This document shows, piece after piece, positions 13,348 to 26,940 of a stretch of 64,000 bases of DNA. The notes beneath the pieces are model-generated. The model ran no database searches. It saw only the letters and a program-made list of their open reading frames with translations, and had not been told where the DNA came from. Position 1 is the first letter of the stretch; each line of letters opens with the position of its first letter. Source of the DNA: Octopus sinensis (taxonomy: Eukaryota); contig NC_043001.1 of assembly GCF_006345805.1 (NCBI RefSeq), positions 120,900,001 through 120,964,000 on the forward strand, given 5' to 3'. Made by a program: the position numbers and the translations under genes.

Positions 13348-13555
13348 TTTGTTTGTGTGTCCGTGTTTGTCCCCCCAACATCGCTTGACAACTGATGCTG
13401 GTGTGTTTACATCCCCGTAACTTAGCAGTTCGACAAAAGAAACCAATAGAATAAGTACTAGGCTTACAAAGAATAAGTCTTGGGGTCGATTTGCTCAACT
13501 AAAGGTGGTGCTCCAGCATGGCCACAGTCAAATGACTGAAACAAGTAAAAGAGAG
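13126..13555 (+). mobile_element. SINE family A, full length. Partial copies at about 2283-2580(-), 24322-24498(-), 24893-25020(+), 27045-27185(-), 32636-32800(-), 35400-35500(+), 45405-45545(-), 49073-49200(-), 52350-52480(-)
   Basis: Same head, body and tail as 1316-1700. Confidence 0.88.
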
Positions 13556-14039
13556 TAAAAGAAAAAGAGAGTCACTCTTCTTTAAAACAGATCACCAATC
13601 TTTCTGATAGATTTAAACATATACCAAAGTATGTTCTTCCACATTTTTTCAGTTGGTGCTGTTGTTACTGTATGGTGTTAAGCCTTTGTTAATATTTTTT
13701 TTATTGACTTAGGCTATCATTTGCTTTTTATGTATTTGAATGATTTTGTTCAAACTGAAGTCTTTTTCAGCAGCAGGATGTTTTCAATTATAATGTTGTA
13801 GGCCTCATTGTTTTTAGGATTATGAATGAAAATGTAAGGTTTTCAATTCCAATATAGTTCTTTGTTTTCTTTCTATTAGTACATAGTTATTGATTCTCTT
13901 GACTCTGTATTCCATTATCGATTGAGGATGGTGGATAATTTCTGTCAACAAGTATTGGTTGCCTGGAAAGTTCGTGCCAATTTTTAAAGGAAAGAGAAAG
14001 GCCAATAAATACTTGCCATTACATTTTTAATCAACCAAA

Positions 14040-14330
14040 TATGAACCATTTTGTTGCACAATGTGTCTCCATCTTTCTTTTAACTTGAAAATACCCTCTT
14101 CTCAGAATTGAGGTGGTTTCGTGGCAAAGAATTCATCAAGGTATCTTTTTACATCATCCAAAGAATTGAAATTTTTACCATTAAAACTATTCTGCAGAGA
14201 CCTAAATAAGTGGAAATCCGAAGGAGCAATATCTGGTGAATATAGAGAGTGGGGTAACACATCCCAGCAATTTTTGTCTGGTTCCCAAAGCATCAAGTGC
14301 CAAAAATGAACTTTCTTATCTTCCATTTTA
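14040..14330 (-). pseudogene. mariner transposase C-terminal remnant
   Basis: WDVLPHSLYSPDIAPSDFHLFRSLQN, matching the mariner YSPDLAPSD motif. Confidence 0.9.
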
Positions 14331-14697
14331 AAGGGTTACAGAATTAACACAGGTTATAGGAACATAAATCTTCTTCCACAAAAAGATAGCTTAAACTGTG
14401 CTCTAAATGGAGATGTAGTCAAATCCTATTTAATGGACTCAACCATGTTCTAAACTAAGTTGAAAGGTAAGCTACTATAAATCAGCACGAACTTTCAGAT
14501 ACCCAATATATCCATAAGTTCTTGAAGTCTTGTGTCATTGATATCTTCATTGGATACAATTGTGAAGATCCTTTTAACTAGATTATATAAAGAACATTTA
14601 ATCTGGTATGTCTCGGATGCCACGAATTGAAAGGTAGATACTGTTTGGAGTTTGAAGGCTTATATGTACATCTGATTCTATTTAGTTGACTTGTAGG

Positions 14698-14844
14698 CAC
14701 TAGCATAGCTAGGAGATGGTAGGGGCAGTCTGCCCCAGGTGGCAACTTTTGGGTCTGATGAAGGCATTATGTGTTTTTTGTGGGGTTTGGGGGTGGCAAA
14801 CGGAAGGGCCACCCTGAGCAGCACACACTCTAGTTACGCTAGTG
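14698..14844. mobile_element. 147-bp hAT-type MITE
   Basis: 15-bp TIRs cactagcatagctag / ctagttacgctagtg; 8-bp TSD cttgtagg/cttgtagt. Confidence 0.8.
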
Positions 14845-15328
14845 CTTGTAGTATAACTAAAAATGAGAGTATGCTGAACAGTATATTTTTGTTATTGATG
14901 AACTTTTGGAATTTTTAGCTTTTCTATGCTTTCATTCCATAAAATGAAGCAATTGTCAAGATATCATTTCCAGTTTTCTTGTGTGTATTTGAAGAAAGAG
15001 TTCCCACATTTTGGTAGTGAAGTAATTTTTGTGCATTAGCAATCTCTAGATAACTCGTTACAAACTTTCCAATGGAGGAGCTGTTTCCATCCCGGTCATG
15101 GTCCAAGATTTTTGCCAATAAAAGTCATCAATAAAACACAAAATAATTATTCCCTAGAACGAATTTTAGTCCTTCAATTAGTTCTTTTTTCTATGTGATG
15201 TGATAATTCAACAGTATAATTATCAAACAAGTTAATGGCTTCATTTCTGAAGTCAGGAAGGGTTTTTTTTGATAAAGATTCCTTACATTGAAATATACAG
15301 AGGATTTTTTTTCCATTACTGAGACTTA

Positions 15329-16040
15329 CATGGTCTGATCAGTAAGCATCCGGACTGTAGCTGTAGTAATGAAAATAAAGCACACAGAATAAAGCCACTG
15401 GGTAAAGATTGACCTTGAACTCTGTTGTGCATGAGCACTAAGTTTTAACATTCTAGCTCATATCAGCAGTGCTTCAAAGGAAAGTGTGTAGCATGTGATC
15501 ATCACATTGACCATGACAGAGGAAGTTGAGCAGAGAATCTGCATCAAATTTTGCCAAAAGCTTGGTGACACCTGCTCAGAGACCAATGTAAAGTTTTCAA
15601 AAAGTTTTCATTGTTCTCAATGCAATCAAGGAGATCTTGTACAACTGAAACTCAAGTGTACTTTTAGTCAGCTGAAAGCAGTTTTGGCACAAACTTGGCA
15701 GACCTGTTTCATAATAGACTGAACTGCACCGTAACTAATCTGCACACCCTCTGATAACTCACGGATGGTTATTCAATGATTTCCCCTCACAGCTGCATGC
15801 ACATCTGCGATGTTTTTCTCAGTTCTGCAGGTTGTGGGTCGCCAGAACGTTTGTCAATATGGACATTTTTTTCAGTCATCTTGGAAATGTCTGAACCACT
15901 CGTACACTTGTGTGTGGCTCAAACACCCTTCTCCATACACTTTCTGCAACTTTGCATAGGCTTCTGAGCAGATATTGCCATGACAACTTTCTCTGTCATT
16001 GTCAATAGAAAGATGACGTGATCTGTTTCAGTTCACATCA
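15329..16040. mobile_element. Two convergent mariner 5' halves
   Basis: Plus strand: TA|TIR-like start and MTEEVEQRICIKFCQKLG. Minus strand: MTEKV...CSEAYAKLQKVYG...VYEWF...AKFVPKLL...ENFLK. Confidence 0.8.
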
Positions 16041-18899
16041 CGCTTACCCTTATGTAGAAGAATTAATCTGTCATTTAGTTTGATATCACCACCTGCAACT
16101 TGGGAGACTTAATGAAGTTCACTTTGTTGCAAGCATTCGTGTTAGGTTTCCATTTTGAGGGTAGTTTCCTCCATCTCTGCAATTGGTATTGCCTTCCCTG
16201 CCTGACTAAACAGTAAAAAAATGTCTGTCCACATCCTATAAATAGTTGTTTATGTGCTAAACACTATATAGTAATGGAAAGAATGTTCAATGACTCAAAA
16301 ATATGATGGTTAAACTCAAGACCACATACTCTTCTCATGAACTTTGTTTAACTTAAAACAATCTTCAGACAATAACATCAATAGCTAGATATGTCATCTC
16401 CATTTTAAAGAACCGGAAGGTTTGTCTTATATACTGGTTTCAAATTTTGGTGCAAGGCCAACAGATTTGAGGAAGGAGCCAAATCGATTAAATCGATCTC
16501 AGTGTTCAAATGGTTATTTTATCGACCTTGAAAGGATGAAAGGCAAAGTCAACATTGGTGGAATTTGTACTCAGAGCATAGAGACAGACAAAATGCCACA
16601 AAGCTAACGATTTGTCAGCTCGCTGCCTTAAACATTAATATCCAGAAGAAAAGCACGTAAGCATTTTCTCCGAAGCTCAAACAATTCTTCCAGCTTGCTG
16701 CCAAGGTTGGTCTTACATATTGAGCAGGATCAGTGATTACGTAAAGACTCCATCATACGATCATCTGGAAATATAGTAGTCTGGTATTATGTAGTGTATT
16801 GCAGTATAATAAACGAACAGTGTAGTAGTATATGCTCTTCGTGCAATATATGCAGTAGTGCACAATACTGTAATGCAGTGTTTCTTGCAGTGGGATTATC
16901 CCTTTCTGGGTGGCGGAATCTGAGAGGTCTGAAAAAGATGGTTTATACTTTTTTAATTTATTCTACTTTATGGTAAAGAAAGAACCACCATATGAATGCA
17001 AAAATCTATTTTTGTCTTCTGGTTAATAAAAGGAAAACAGTGCACAAAATTCCATTAATATTTTATGATCAGAAACCTAACAATTCGATATTGTCATATT
17101 TCAAGTGAACATTTGTTTCTACTTCTCCTTAGATCACAACTCATTCCAAAATCCCAATACATCAACATATCTATAATTTCCCGGTCGTTGCAAGCAATTT
17201 TTCCAGGTGGACTTCCTTTTTCATCTTCCCAAGGTATACAAATTAGATCATGCTAGGGTCCACATTATTCTGTAAGAAGCATAGGGCTGGTGTCCCAGTC
17301 TCTCTGGCCAATATACTCCTCTCCAAACAGGACGATAGTCTGTCGCAGGATTACTCATTTCAGCTGAGTGGACTGGTGCTTAAGAACACAACACATCATC
17401 TGGTCCAGAAATTGAAACCACAATCTTATGATAATGAGTCTGTAAAGGACCATGCAATGTGAGGTGAAGAGAATGGTTCTTTAGTACCACATCACATGGC
17501 TGTTACGATAAAAGAGAAAATTGATAGAACCATTTACTTGCCAGATGGAAAAATTGACACACCACATAGAATGGTTAAAAGAAGATTTGTTCATATGTTA
17601 GCATGTGTGTCTGTGTTTGCTTCATGTATACAGAATAGTAGACAGGTCATCATGAGAACAAAATGTATGCGTGTGTGTAAGCATAGATGTATGCATGTGT
17701 TAAGAACATATAAGGATGGCAATGAAGATGATGACAGTGAAAGAGTCTGTAGCCATCAAAGTGAGAAGTAAGTTGATAGACACAAGAAAGATGAATATTA
17801 CCAGTTTGTAGTTAGTCGTACACAATAGTTGAAATACAGTATCAAGAAGTCGCGGCCATGATGCTAAGCCAGTTACAGGTACATGAAGTCATGGCTGGGA
17901 TGCTGCTGCCTGAGTCACTTGATACAAGAGTTCTTGCAGGTTGTATATTTCTGTTGATCCATGGTCAAGTACAAACAGTGAAGTGTTGGAACCTGGGTGA
18001 ATTGCTTGCTGAGCTGAGTACTTAGAGAGATGATGTTGACATTAAGAAGGACGTGATGGTGGCCATGAAGAGGGGGGTGCCATAATGCTGTTGAACAAAG
18101 TTGGTGAGTCTCAACGAAGCTTCTGTGGTGATGGTGTTGTCATCTGGCGTTGTCACTGGAATTGGCTGTGTCTTTGTGGTCAGTGGCTAGACCTTAAAAG
18201 TCTGGAACCAAAGACTTCGAAATGAGGAGAAGCTGAGCTTTTATAAGGAACTGTAGGCTCAAAACAGGGTACAGAACAGGCTGTCCCACGTGATCATATT
18301 TAGGGACTCTGACTGGTTATACACAGCAAGTTGAGACGACAGAGCAAGAGACAAACTGTGCCAATACCAACCAATCAGAGTAGTGGACACAATGGGGTCC
18401 AAATAGCAGCCAAAGGCTAGCTGTTCCCTTCTACATTCAAATGAACGTATATATAATAAATGGGAGAGAGGAATTTCACCTGAGTCTACGCTGCAAGTCC
18501 AACATCCTTAACCATTAAGCAATGTGCCTCCACACTAAGGTCAATATAATAAACAGTATTTTAAATGTTTTAATGTTCAGGAGTCAATCTTAATAGACAG
18601 AATTTTGAAAGTAGTTTAGCGGTGTTGGTATAAAGTCTCCCTTGGTTTATTACAGAATCTTGCATGCAATTATATAACATATGTTATGTGTTCACTCGTG
18701 GAAATAACACAAGAAACAAACTTTTAAAATAACAGAGATTTTATTATTCTGTTAAATAATACAGCGGAGAAAATAAACAAATCACGAATTCTGGTGGTTG
18801 TATAGGTCATCCATCATTTGAATAATTCAACTGTGGCTGTCGTTGGTTACATATGCTTCATTATAATGGCAGGAAAATAACATGACTCGCCTTCATGAA

Positions 18900-19400
18900 A
18901 ATTGCTCACTCCTCTGTCATAGATGTTGTGTTAAACCTATATATATAGACAGAGGTAGGCTCCAGCACGGATTCAGATGAGTTGTTTGAAAATGTATTAC
19001 GCACAATGTAATTGAATCATTGATCCATATCCCACACAAAACTCAGCCTATTAAAGCACAGGGCTCAACCAATGTTCCAAACTCACATGATAGGTAAGAC
19101 GACCAACCATTGCAGATGAACATGGTGAGCCTATAAGAAGCTAGTCGACTCCAATATGCCATAATAGAAATTAGTCATGGTACAGCAGTATTCAGTATAA
19201 AGCCAGGTTCTAATCCATTGGCTTGAGGCAATTAGTGGACTCTGGTTTAAGGTTGCTTGCTGAATTAGTGTCTACTGACCCAAACTGAGTATGGTGCCCA
19301 AATATACTACTTAGCCTGATTAATATTTCTCTCATGCAGTGCAACAAGAAGACTGGGCCATGTGAGAGTTTATTGTCTTGTGAAACTGAGATATAATAAG
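18900..19400 (+). pseudogene. Possible Gypsy integrase relic
   Basis: Only fragmentary resemblance (DRG...ELFE...GP.E.L) across frameshifts. Confidence 0.25.
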
Positions 19401-19546
19401 GCACCAGTAATAAGATGATACAAACTCCAGTCCAGATCTACCACTACTCTCTCTCTCTCTCTCTCTGTGTAACTGTGTATCTATATACCTACCTATCTAT
19501 CTATCTCTTTTCCTCTCTACCTAAATATATATCTTTTTTTCTTTCC

Positions 19547-19577
<31 letters not shown>

Positions 19578-19899
19578 CACTTGATAATCACCGCTCTCTT
19601 CTAATACAGTTTATGTGACAGTTTAACTTGTTCTGCTTCTCAAATGTTTTGTTTTCAGATGAATTGTTTATATGTTAAGTAACATTTAAACAACTACTTT
19701 CTCCTTGCTACATTTCAATTGATAAAACTTAAACAGTCATCGCAAGCTGACAGGTTTATAGTTTGCAAAACTTCCACTTCAAAACACACACGAAAAAGCC
19801 AATAATATGACAAAAGAATGGTCATAATGTTAAAATGTAATTAAAATAGCAGCAGTAAAACAACTCCCATTTCAATGTCCGAGGAATCTACAAACAATT

Positions 19900-20165
19900 G
19901 TAGTGATGCATCAAGTGTTATTGGATTATTCCTTTCTTAAGCACCTGGGTGAGGGGTTCTGTACCTTCAGTGTAGTTGAGACATAACTGCCATAGAAGTT
20001 GGTGATGAGGTAAAGAAATTTCTTCAAATTATGCGGTGATGTGGATGCAAGAAATTTGGGGCTAATCATTATTTGTCTCTCCAGTCGGCACATTCCGTCT
20101 TTGTCAAGCATATGATTAAGATCAACCAGATATGATGCACCTTTATCATGGTCATCAGTCATATA
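19900..20165 (-). pseudogene. Possible pogo/Tigger (CENP-B-like HTH) transposase relic
   Basis: Weak similarity only (FLAST...KF...HHQL); heavily decayed. Confidence 0.3.
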
Positions 20166-20270
20166 TTCTTAGTAGTCTTAGGCTACTTACAAAGTAAAAT
20201 AGATTGCATGTGTAGAGAATCACCACTCTAATGTTTAGTTGAGTTTTCAAATATTTTATTAACCCACATA

Positions 20271-20795
20271 CCGTAAATCCTCGAGTTTAATCTGCATTTT
20301 TTCCCCAAAATTTAAAGGTCAAAATCCCTAGTGCGTACTATATACGAGGATAAAAATGAAAAATATTTTCTAAGTAATGTCCGAGTCTCTAGTTGCTGTC
20401 CGGCAATGTTTATTCAGACACATTTTGTGATGCTGGGCACGAAAATACCTTAAGCTAAACCTGAAAGCAATGAAGTCATAAAAAATCATCCATAATTTGC
20501 AGTAAGCAACATTTATCAAAATAAAAGTATTCAGAACACAGAATAAATAACCTGTAACAAAAACAATTTGCAAATGTATTTACATTCCCATATAACAGTT
20601 AAGAACATCACCATAATTGTATTACACATGCATGGAAGTGTTTGCTCAACTAGGTGCTGCTGGCTTAATTATGCACAACTCAAGTTAGAGAAGGAGTGCA
20701 TATTATACACAAGTTTTAGGTTTCTCAGAGGTACAGCCCCCTAAAATTCCCCTATGTATTATACTCAAGGTCAGACTATACTTGAGGATTAATGG
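20271..20795. mobile_element. pogo/Tc1-type MITE with TA TSD
   Basis: TIR ccgtaaatcctcgagtttaatctg versus reverse complement ccattaatcctcaagtatagtctg; TA at 20269-70 and 20796-97. Confidence 0.7.
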
Positions 20796-23700
20796 TAGTT
20801 ATTTTTACAAATGTACATCCAATAAATTAATGGAACAACATTCAATGAATGGCTAGTAACTTTCTGTAATACAATTTGCTGAATAATCATGTGAAAGTAG
20901 TGCAAGAAATTTTAATTACTGCATATAATTAATGTACGTTACTCGACACAACAAGTTATGGTTGCCTTTCATCCTTACAGAGTCAATAAAATAAGTACCA
21001 GTGAAACACTGGGGTCGATGTAGTTGACTTACCACTCTCCCACATTTGCTGGCCTTGTACCAAAATTTGAAACCATTATTATTAAGGTTTATGTTGCACT
21101 AGCAGGTGCACCAGCTTATTCTTGAGATTTATGCAGCATTGGCTTTAAGGGATGCATATTTGTGTTAGTACAACAAAAAGATGTTTTGTAAGAAAAGAGA
21201 AAGCATGGTAATTCAGATGAGTAGAAGCCACTCACTGCAACAAACAACATAGATTCCTTTAGACAGTTTAGTTGATAGACGTCCTTTAGACGGTTTAGTT
21301 GATAGACGGTTTAGTTGATAGACGGTTTAGTTGATAGACAAAAGAAAGATGAATATTACCAGTTTGTAGTTAGTCATACACAATACTTGATGGCCTTAAG
21401 TTGAATTTGTCGGCTTTTACAACTATAAGCCAGCTTTTAGAATATTTAGCCAAACTGTTGGTGGCAAAACTCACAGCATCACTTTGAATAAATCAGTCAA
21501 TGTTCATTGATTGAGCTATATTCACTGAAGTGTATTAACTATTTATGGCAACGTTTTTCCTTTTTGGGGAAAAACATGAGTTTATGGTTCTAGAATGGGA
21601 AACTCAGCAAGCCAATGTTCAAATCTCAGTTGGGGTCTTACTACACACTAAACAGGCACTTACTGGAATTGATGACTGTGTCTTACAGAGTCAGTTGTTC
21701 ACTTAGTAGGTAAAGATGTTCCCTGTCCCCACCCTTCATTGTGACAAGAAAGTCATTGGGGTACGCAATGTAGATAAACAGTGAATCCTGGATCACATCA
21801 TCAATTCAGCTTTCATAGATGGAATTTGATTGTGCGCCCTGACAAGATTTATCTTCGAAAAGAGAAACAAGTACACCACTTAGAGGAAAAGAAAACTTTG
21901 CATGTGGAATATTGGTTAATGATCTGGGATGGTGCTGGTGTTTAGTGTAGGATAGTCACTGAAAAGAGACCAGTCACTCAGCACCTTTCAGGAACATACA
22001 AAATTATGTCGACTGGTATGTTATTCCAATTGTGTAGACTGCATCTGAGATGTGTGTAGGATGACCCAAACCATTAAATGCAGTTTCTCAACCACTTTTG
22101 GGGAACCCTTTTACTGCTCATATTCTTGTTCTGGACTATTAATGCTAGTATATCTATTTCTTAAGGTATACTTATTGTTAATCTCACTCTTCTATTCAAT
22201 GCAAATTTCCAGGGTTCCTTTGTGGTTGTTTGGGGTTTTTTTATCTATTTAAACATTTCTATCTTCAACATCTTCAACCTTTGCAACCAATAACAAAATC
22301 ATTGCCGAAGTTGACTTCACCTTTCATCCTTTGAGGGTCGATAAGATAAGTACCACTAGGGATTAATGCAATCAACTTACCCACCACCCTGAAATTGCTG
22401 GCCTGAGCAGACTCATTACCACACTGGACAAAATGCTTAGCAGCATTTCTTCCAATTTTATGTTCAGAGTTCAAATTCTGCCAATGTCAACTTTGCCTTC
22501 ACCTTTACAGAGTCAATAAAATATGTACCAGTAAAACACTGGGGGTCGATGTAATTACCACTCCCCCAAAATTGCTGGCCTTGTACCAAAATTTGAAACC
22601 ATTATTATTAAGGTTTATGTTGCGAATTTATATTGCAGTAGCAGGTGCACCAGCTTATTCTCAAGATTAGTGCAGCATTGGCTTTTAGGGATGTACATCA
22701 TTTCAGCAGTTTTGAGGAATTGTTTAGTCGAGAATGATTTTTATGAAAATAAACTGAACAATGAATTAAGGTTATTGAATAATTAGGATTAAGATAACAT
22801 ATAAGTAATATAAAATACAGTATAATCAAGCAGATGTAAATTTAGCGAAAAATATTTGAAAACCAATCGATGAAATTTTTTTAGGTTTTGCTTGTAAGAG
22901 CAGATGTAAATTTAACCAAAAGTATTTGAAGAACAATTAATAAAATCAGATAATACCAGTATTTCACTCAAGATCTCACTTTATACAATATTTTGTTGAG
23001 AAACATTATGTATATGCAATGTTTTTCACAACAGTAATAACTTGTTGGTTTAGAATAATGCAAATTTAATCAAAAATATTTGAAGAACAAGTAATAAAAT
23101 TAGAAAATTCTAGTGTCCAGCACAAAGTCTCACTGCATAAATATTTAGTTCGGAAACATCACTGTCATTATCATCATCATCATTTAACATCTGCTTTCCA
23201 TGCTAGCATGGGTTGGACTATATACAATGTTTTTCATAACAACCATTCCTCTTCAATTTATTTTCTCCTCTCTCTAGCAATCAAATCCTAGATTCTCAAC
23301 CAGGAATTGAAATTTCTGTCTGAATGCTTCTGCAAGCTTCTTTCTGTTTTTCTCTGGCTTTGCACTCAGCAGTCAACATCCTCACCATCTTGGGTCAAAT
23401 CCAGTTCAACCTAGATAACCTATAAAATATCCATTGTTACTTTGATGCACTTTAGTTATGGAAATCCAGAGAACAATAGAAAGAAGTCTGCAGAAACAGA
23501 CAGACAGAAATTTCGATTCCCTGGTCAAGGAATGTAGGATTTAATCGCTTCAACTCATAGCCACTTCCCCCTCACTGGATGTCTTGCTGTTCAGCCACAT
23601 CGGATAACAATCAAGGTCAAGACGATTATTTCCCTTTGACAGTGTAGCATTCAAATACATTGTGACAAGCAAAATAACAGATTTTTTTTTTCACCCTAGC

Positions 23701-24298
23701 TTGACTGAAATATGATTTTGCATTAAAAAAAAGCACAACCTAAATGTATGATTGTTTTGCCTCAAGCCAACCCCAATCATGTAAACCTATAATCAAAATA
23801 TTTTCCAGCCATGCCAATCATGTTTTTTCCTTGGTATTGTGTATTCTATTACATTAAGTAACATTGTTTTATAGCCAGATGGCTCTTCCTGTTACTTATC
23901 CTAACCTGTTTTTCAAGTGGTTTTTCATATTCCACTCACCGCTTCAAAAGTGCAGAACTAGGAAATGATTTGTTGACAGGGAATTGTCAACAAACAACAT
24001 CTGCAGCTCAGGTTTTTTTTTTCTCCTAAATATAAACATTGACAAACACTTACACCATCTTAATCATCATTGTTTTAATGTCCATTTTTCCACGCTTACA
24101 TGGGTTAGGTGGAATTCATTAAGACATCTTTTCTATGGTCAGATGGATGCCCTTCCTGTTGCTAACACTCACCTGTTCCAAGGAAGGTAATATTCCCCCA
24201 TGGTCAGACATGTTTGCACTGAAGACTGGAAATGAATAATACCATATATCCAACAATCTGCTCATTTACAACCATCAGGCAATGTTATGATAAGGAGT

Positions 24299-24329
<31 letters not shown>

Positions 24330-25109
24330 CCATGCATGGATACAACAAACTTCTTTTGGTTTCCAGTTATCAAATCCACTCACAAGGCTTTGATCAGTCC
24401 ATGGCTACAATAGAAGACAGTTGCCCAGGATGTCATGCAGTAGAACTGAACCCAGAACCATGTGGTTGCGAAGCAATCTTCTTAACCATATGGCCATGCT
24501 TCTGTCTATTGCACAAGTGAACTAGCTTCCCTGTCAATACCAATCCTCCTAAGGACTGAGAAGACAAAAACAAAAGACAAAAACAACATTCAGTTTGTAA
24601 CCAATATATTTTATTTTCATCTCTAAACTTTTGAAAACACAACAAGTAAAAATGTTCATTAGAAAGAAATATCACAGGTAGCAGTGACATTGACAAACAT
24701 TGTCCTGTAATAATAGAGTGTATTGTAGTCTAATTGTATATGACATGGCATATTGGATACAGTATATCAATATGTTAGAATTGCATGTCGAATACTGAAC
24801 TGAGTATAGATGTGTCAGTATGGCATATTGTATTGTATATCTGGATTGTTATATTGTATGTTGTTGTAGTGTAATGATAGTGTATTGTGTATCACAAGTG
24901 CAGTAAAGCTGAGTGGCTAAGAAGTTGGTTTTCTCTAGCCTTGGGTTGACCCGTCTCTTTTTTTGTGTGTGTGTGAATTAAATTGGGTAGGCAGAAACTG
25001 CATAGAAGCCCATCGGGTAGATTTGACCTATTATTCAAAAGTATGGTTTTGTCACAATAGATATCCAGACTGTTACCATAGTAATGAAGCTCAAGCATGC
25101 CAAGTAAAG

Positions 25110-25510
25110 CCACTTGGCACAGATTGACCTTGAACTCTGCTGTGCTTCACACTAAGTTTCAATGTTCTAGCTCACTTCTGTTGTTTATAGCAGAGCTTGG
25201 AAGGAAGGAGTGGCACAAACTTGGCAGACATGTGTTTCATACCCAAATCTTTAGTGATAATGGACTGAAATGAACCGTAACTAATCAGCACAGCCTTTGA
25301 TAACTCATGGATGGTGATTCGACAATTTCCCCTCATGGCTGCACACACACATCAACGATATTTTTCTCAGTTCTGCTGGTTGCAAGTCTCCCAGAACATT
25401 CAACAATATCAACACTTTTTCAGTCATCTTGGAAACGTCTGAATCACTCATACACTTATGTGCAGCTCATACACTCCTCTCCATACACTTTCTGTAACTC
25501 GTATGTCATG
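25110..25510. mobile_element. Same mariner family, again with a plus-strand 5' leader joined to a minus-strand N-terminal transposase
   Basis: Direct homology to 15400-15480 and 15685-15960. Confidence 0.75.
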
Positions 25511-26894
25511 CCAATTCAGCAATTGAAAATTATATTAAGCAGACACATGTCTGTGGAATACTTAGTCACTTACATGTCAATTCAGGAGTAGGTAATTCAC
25601 ATGACTGAACAATTGCATCTTTATCTTTGAGCTTCAGATATCTACCACCAGGAGTATTGTACTGAGCATCATTTCTGTATGACCAAGCATTGTGTATCGT
25701 TACTCTATTATAATGGTATTATAATACAGTCTTGTACAAAGCATTCGCAATCTATAGTATTATGTAGTTGCTATTGTTTTGTCCCAGATCAGCTTTGATC
25801 AGTGATCAAAAGGAATTCCAATTATGACCATCCTGTCATTTTTCATTGTTTTCCAGTTGTGGCCATCCTGCCTTTTCAGTATGGCTAAGATTACATTATT
25901 CAGTGTACTCCTTCTTTTCCTTTTTTAATAAGATGGTAAAAGTGATATGAGGAAATTTCAACTTATTTCCAGCAGGTCAGTGTTGAGACTGACCATTATA
26001 TATAATGAAGCATTATATATAAGTATTATATTTGCACTGAGTGTTAGCAATTTATTATATGTTGAAATACATATTACGTTATAATGATTTTACATTGCTA
26101 CATAAGTGTCAGTGTATGCATGATGTATGTGTGCGTGTGATGAGTGTGTGTATGTGTGTGTGCATGTGATGAGTGTACGTGTGTGTGTATGTGTGTAAAT
26201 TGTTCAATTCCAGAATTATTCCAAATTCAATAAAATAATCTTGCAGAACATTTCTGAATAGAGCAGAACAAACTAAGTTTTTTCAAAATATTATTTGGAA
26301 AGAAAAAACATTTTTAAACTATGTTTTCCATTCTTTGTTTAAAGAGGCAACATTACAACAATTGCTCCAACACCAAAACTTTGAAGGTTTTGGTAAATAA
26401 ATATATAAATTAATTTACCTATAACAATTTTCAAAGGTTAACATCCTTATATGTACAGTTCGACTTCAACTTGTCTTCTCTTTCAATGATCCTTATATAT
26501 AAGTAGAGTTCAATTCTGATTTTCTAGTATAGGATCACTTGTTTCAACCTCTCAAGTGTGTGTGTGTGTGTGTGTGTGTATAAATACATACATCATGAAC
26601 TCTTCTTTCATTAGACGATGTATGAGGATTCTGCTATTTCTTGTTGAACAACCACACAGCTGATTTATTTATAGAGATCAAATGTTTGAGTTCACATAAG
26701 CTCACTCCCTCCACCAAATCAACATTACCAGAACAGAATGTCAGATGACAAAATGATCATAGAGCAACGTGAAATGAAGTGTTTTGCTCAAGAACACAAT
26801 GCAATGCCCACTCTGGGAATCGAAACCACGATTTCACAATCATGAGTGCAACACCCAAACCATTAACCCATGTGCCTTCACAATATACATACAT

Positions 26895-26940
<46 letters not shown>

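Noticed and set aside
16047-16206. Minus-strand exon-like segment (tttttttactgtttag ... AAGG|gtaagc)
   Set aside because: Stops in all three frames and no supporting neighbouring exons; could only be non-coding.
24490-24560. Strong minus-strand acceptor followed by xLRRIGIDREASSLVQ*
   Set aside because: No recognisable homology, runs into a SINE, and is not needed to complete EIF4E3.
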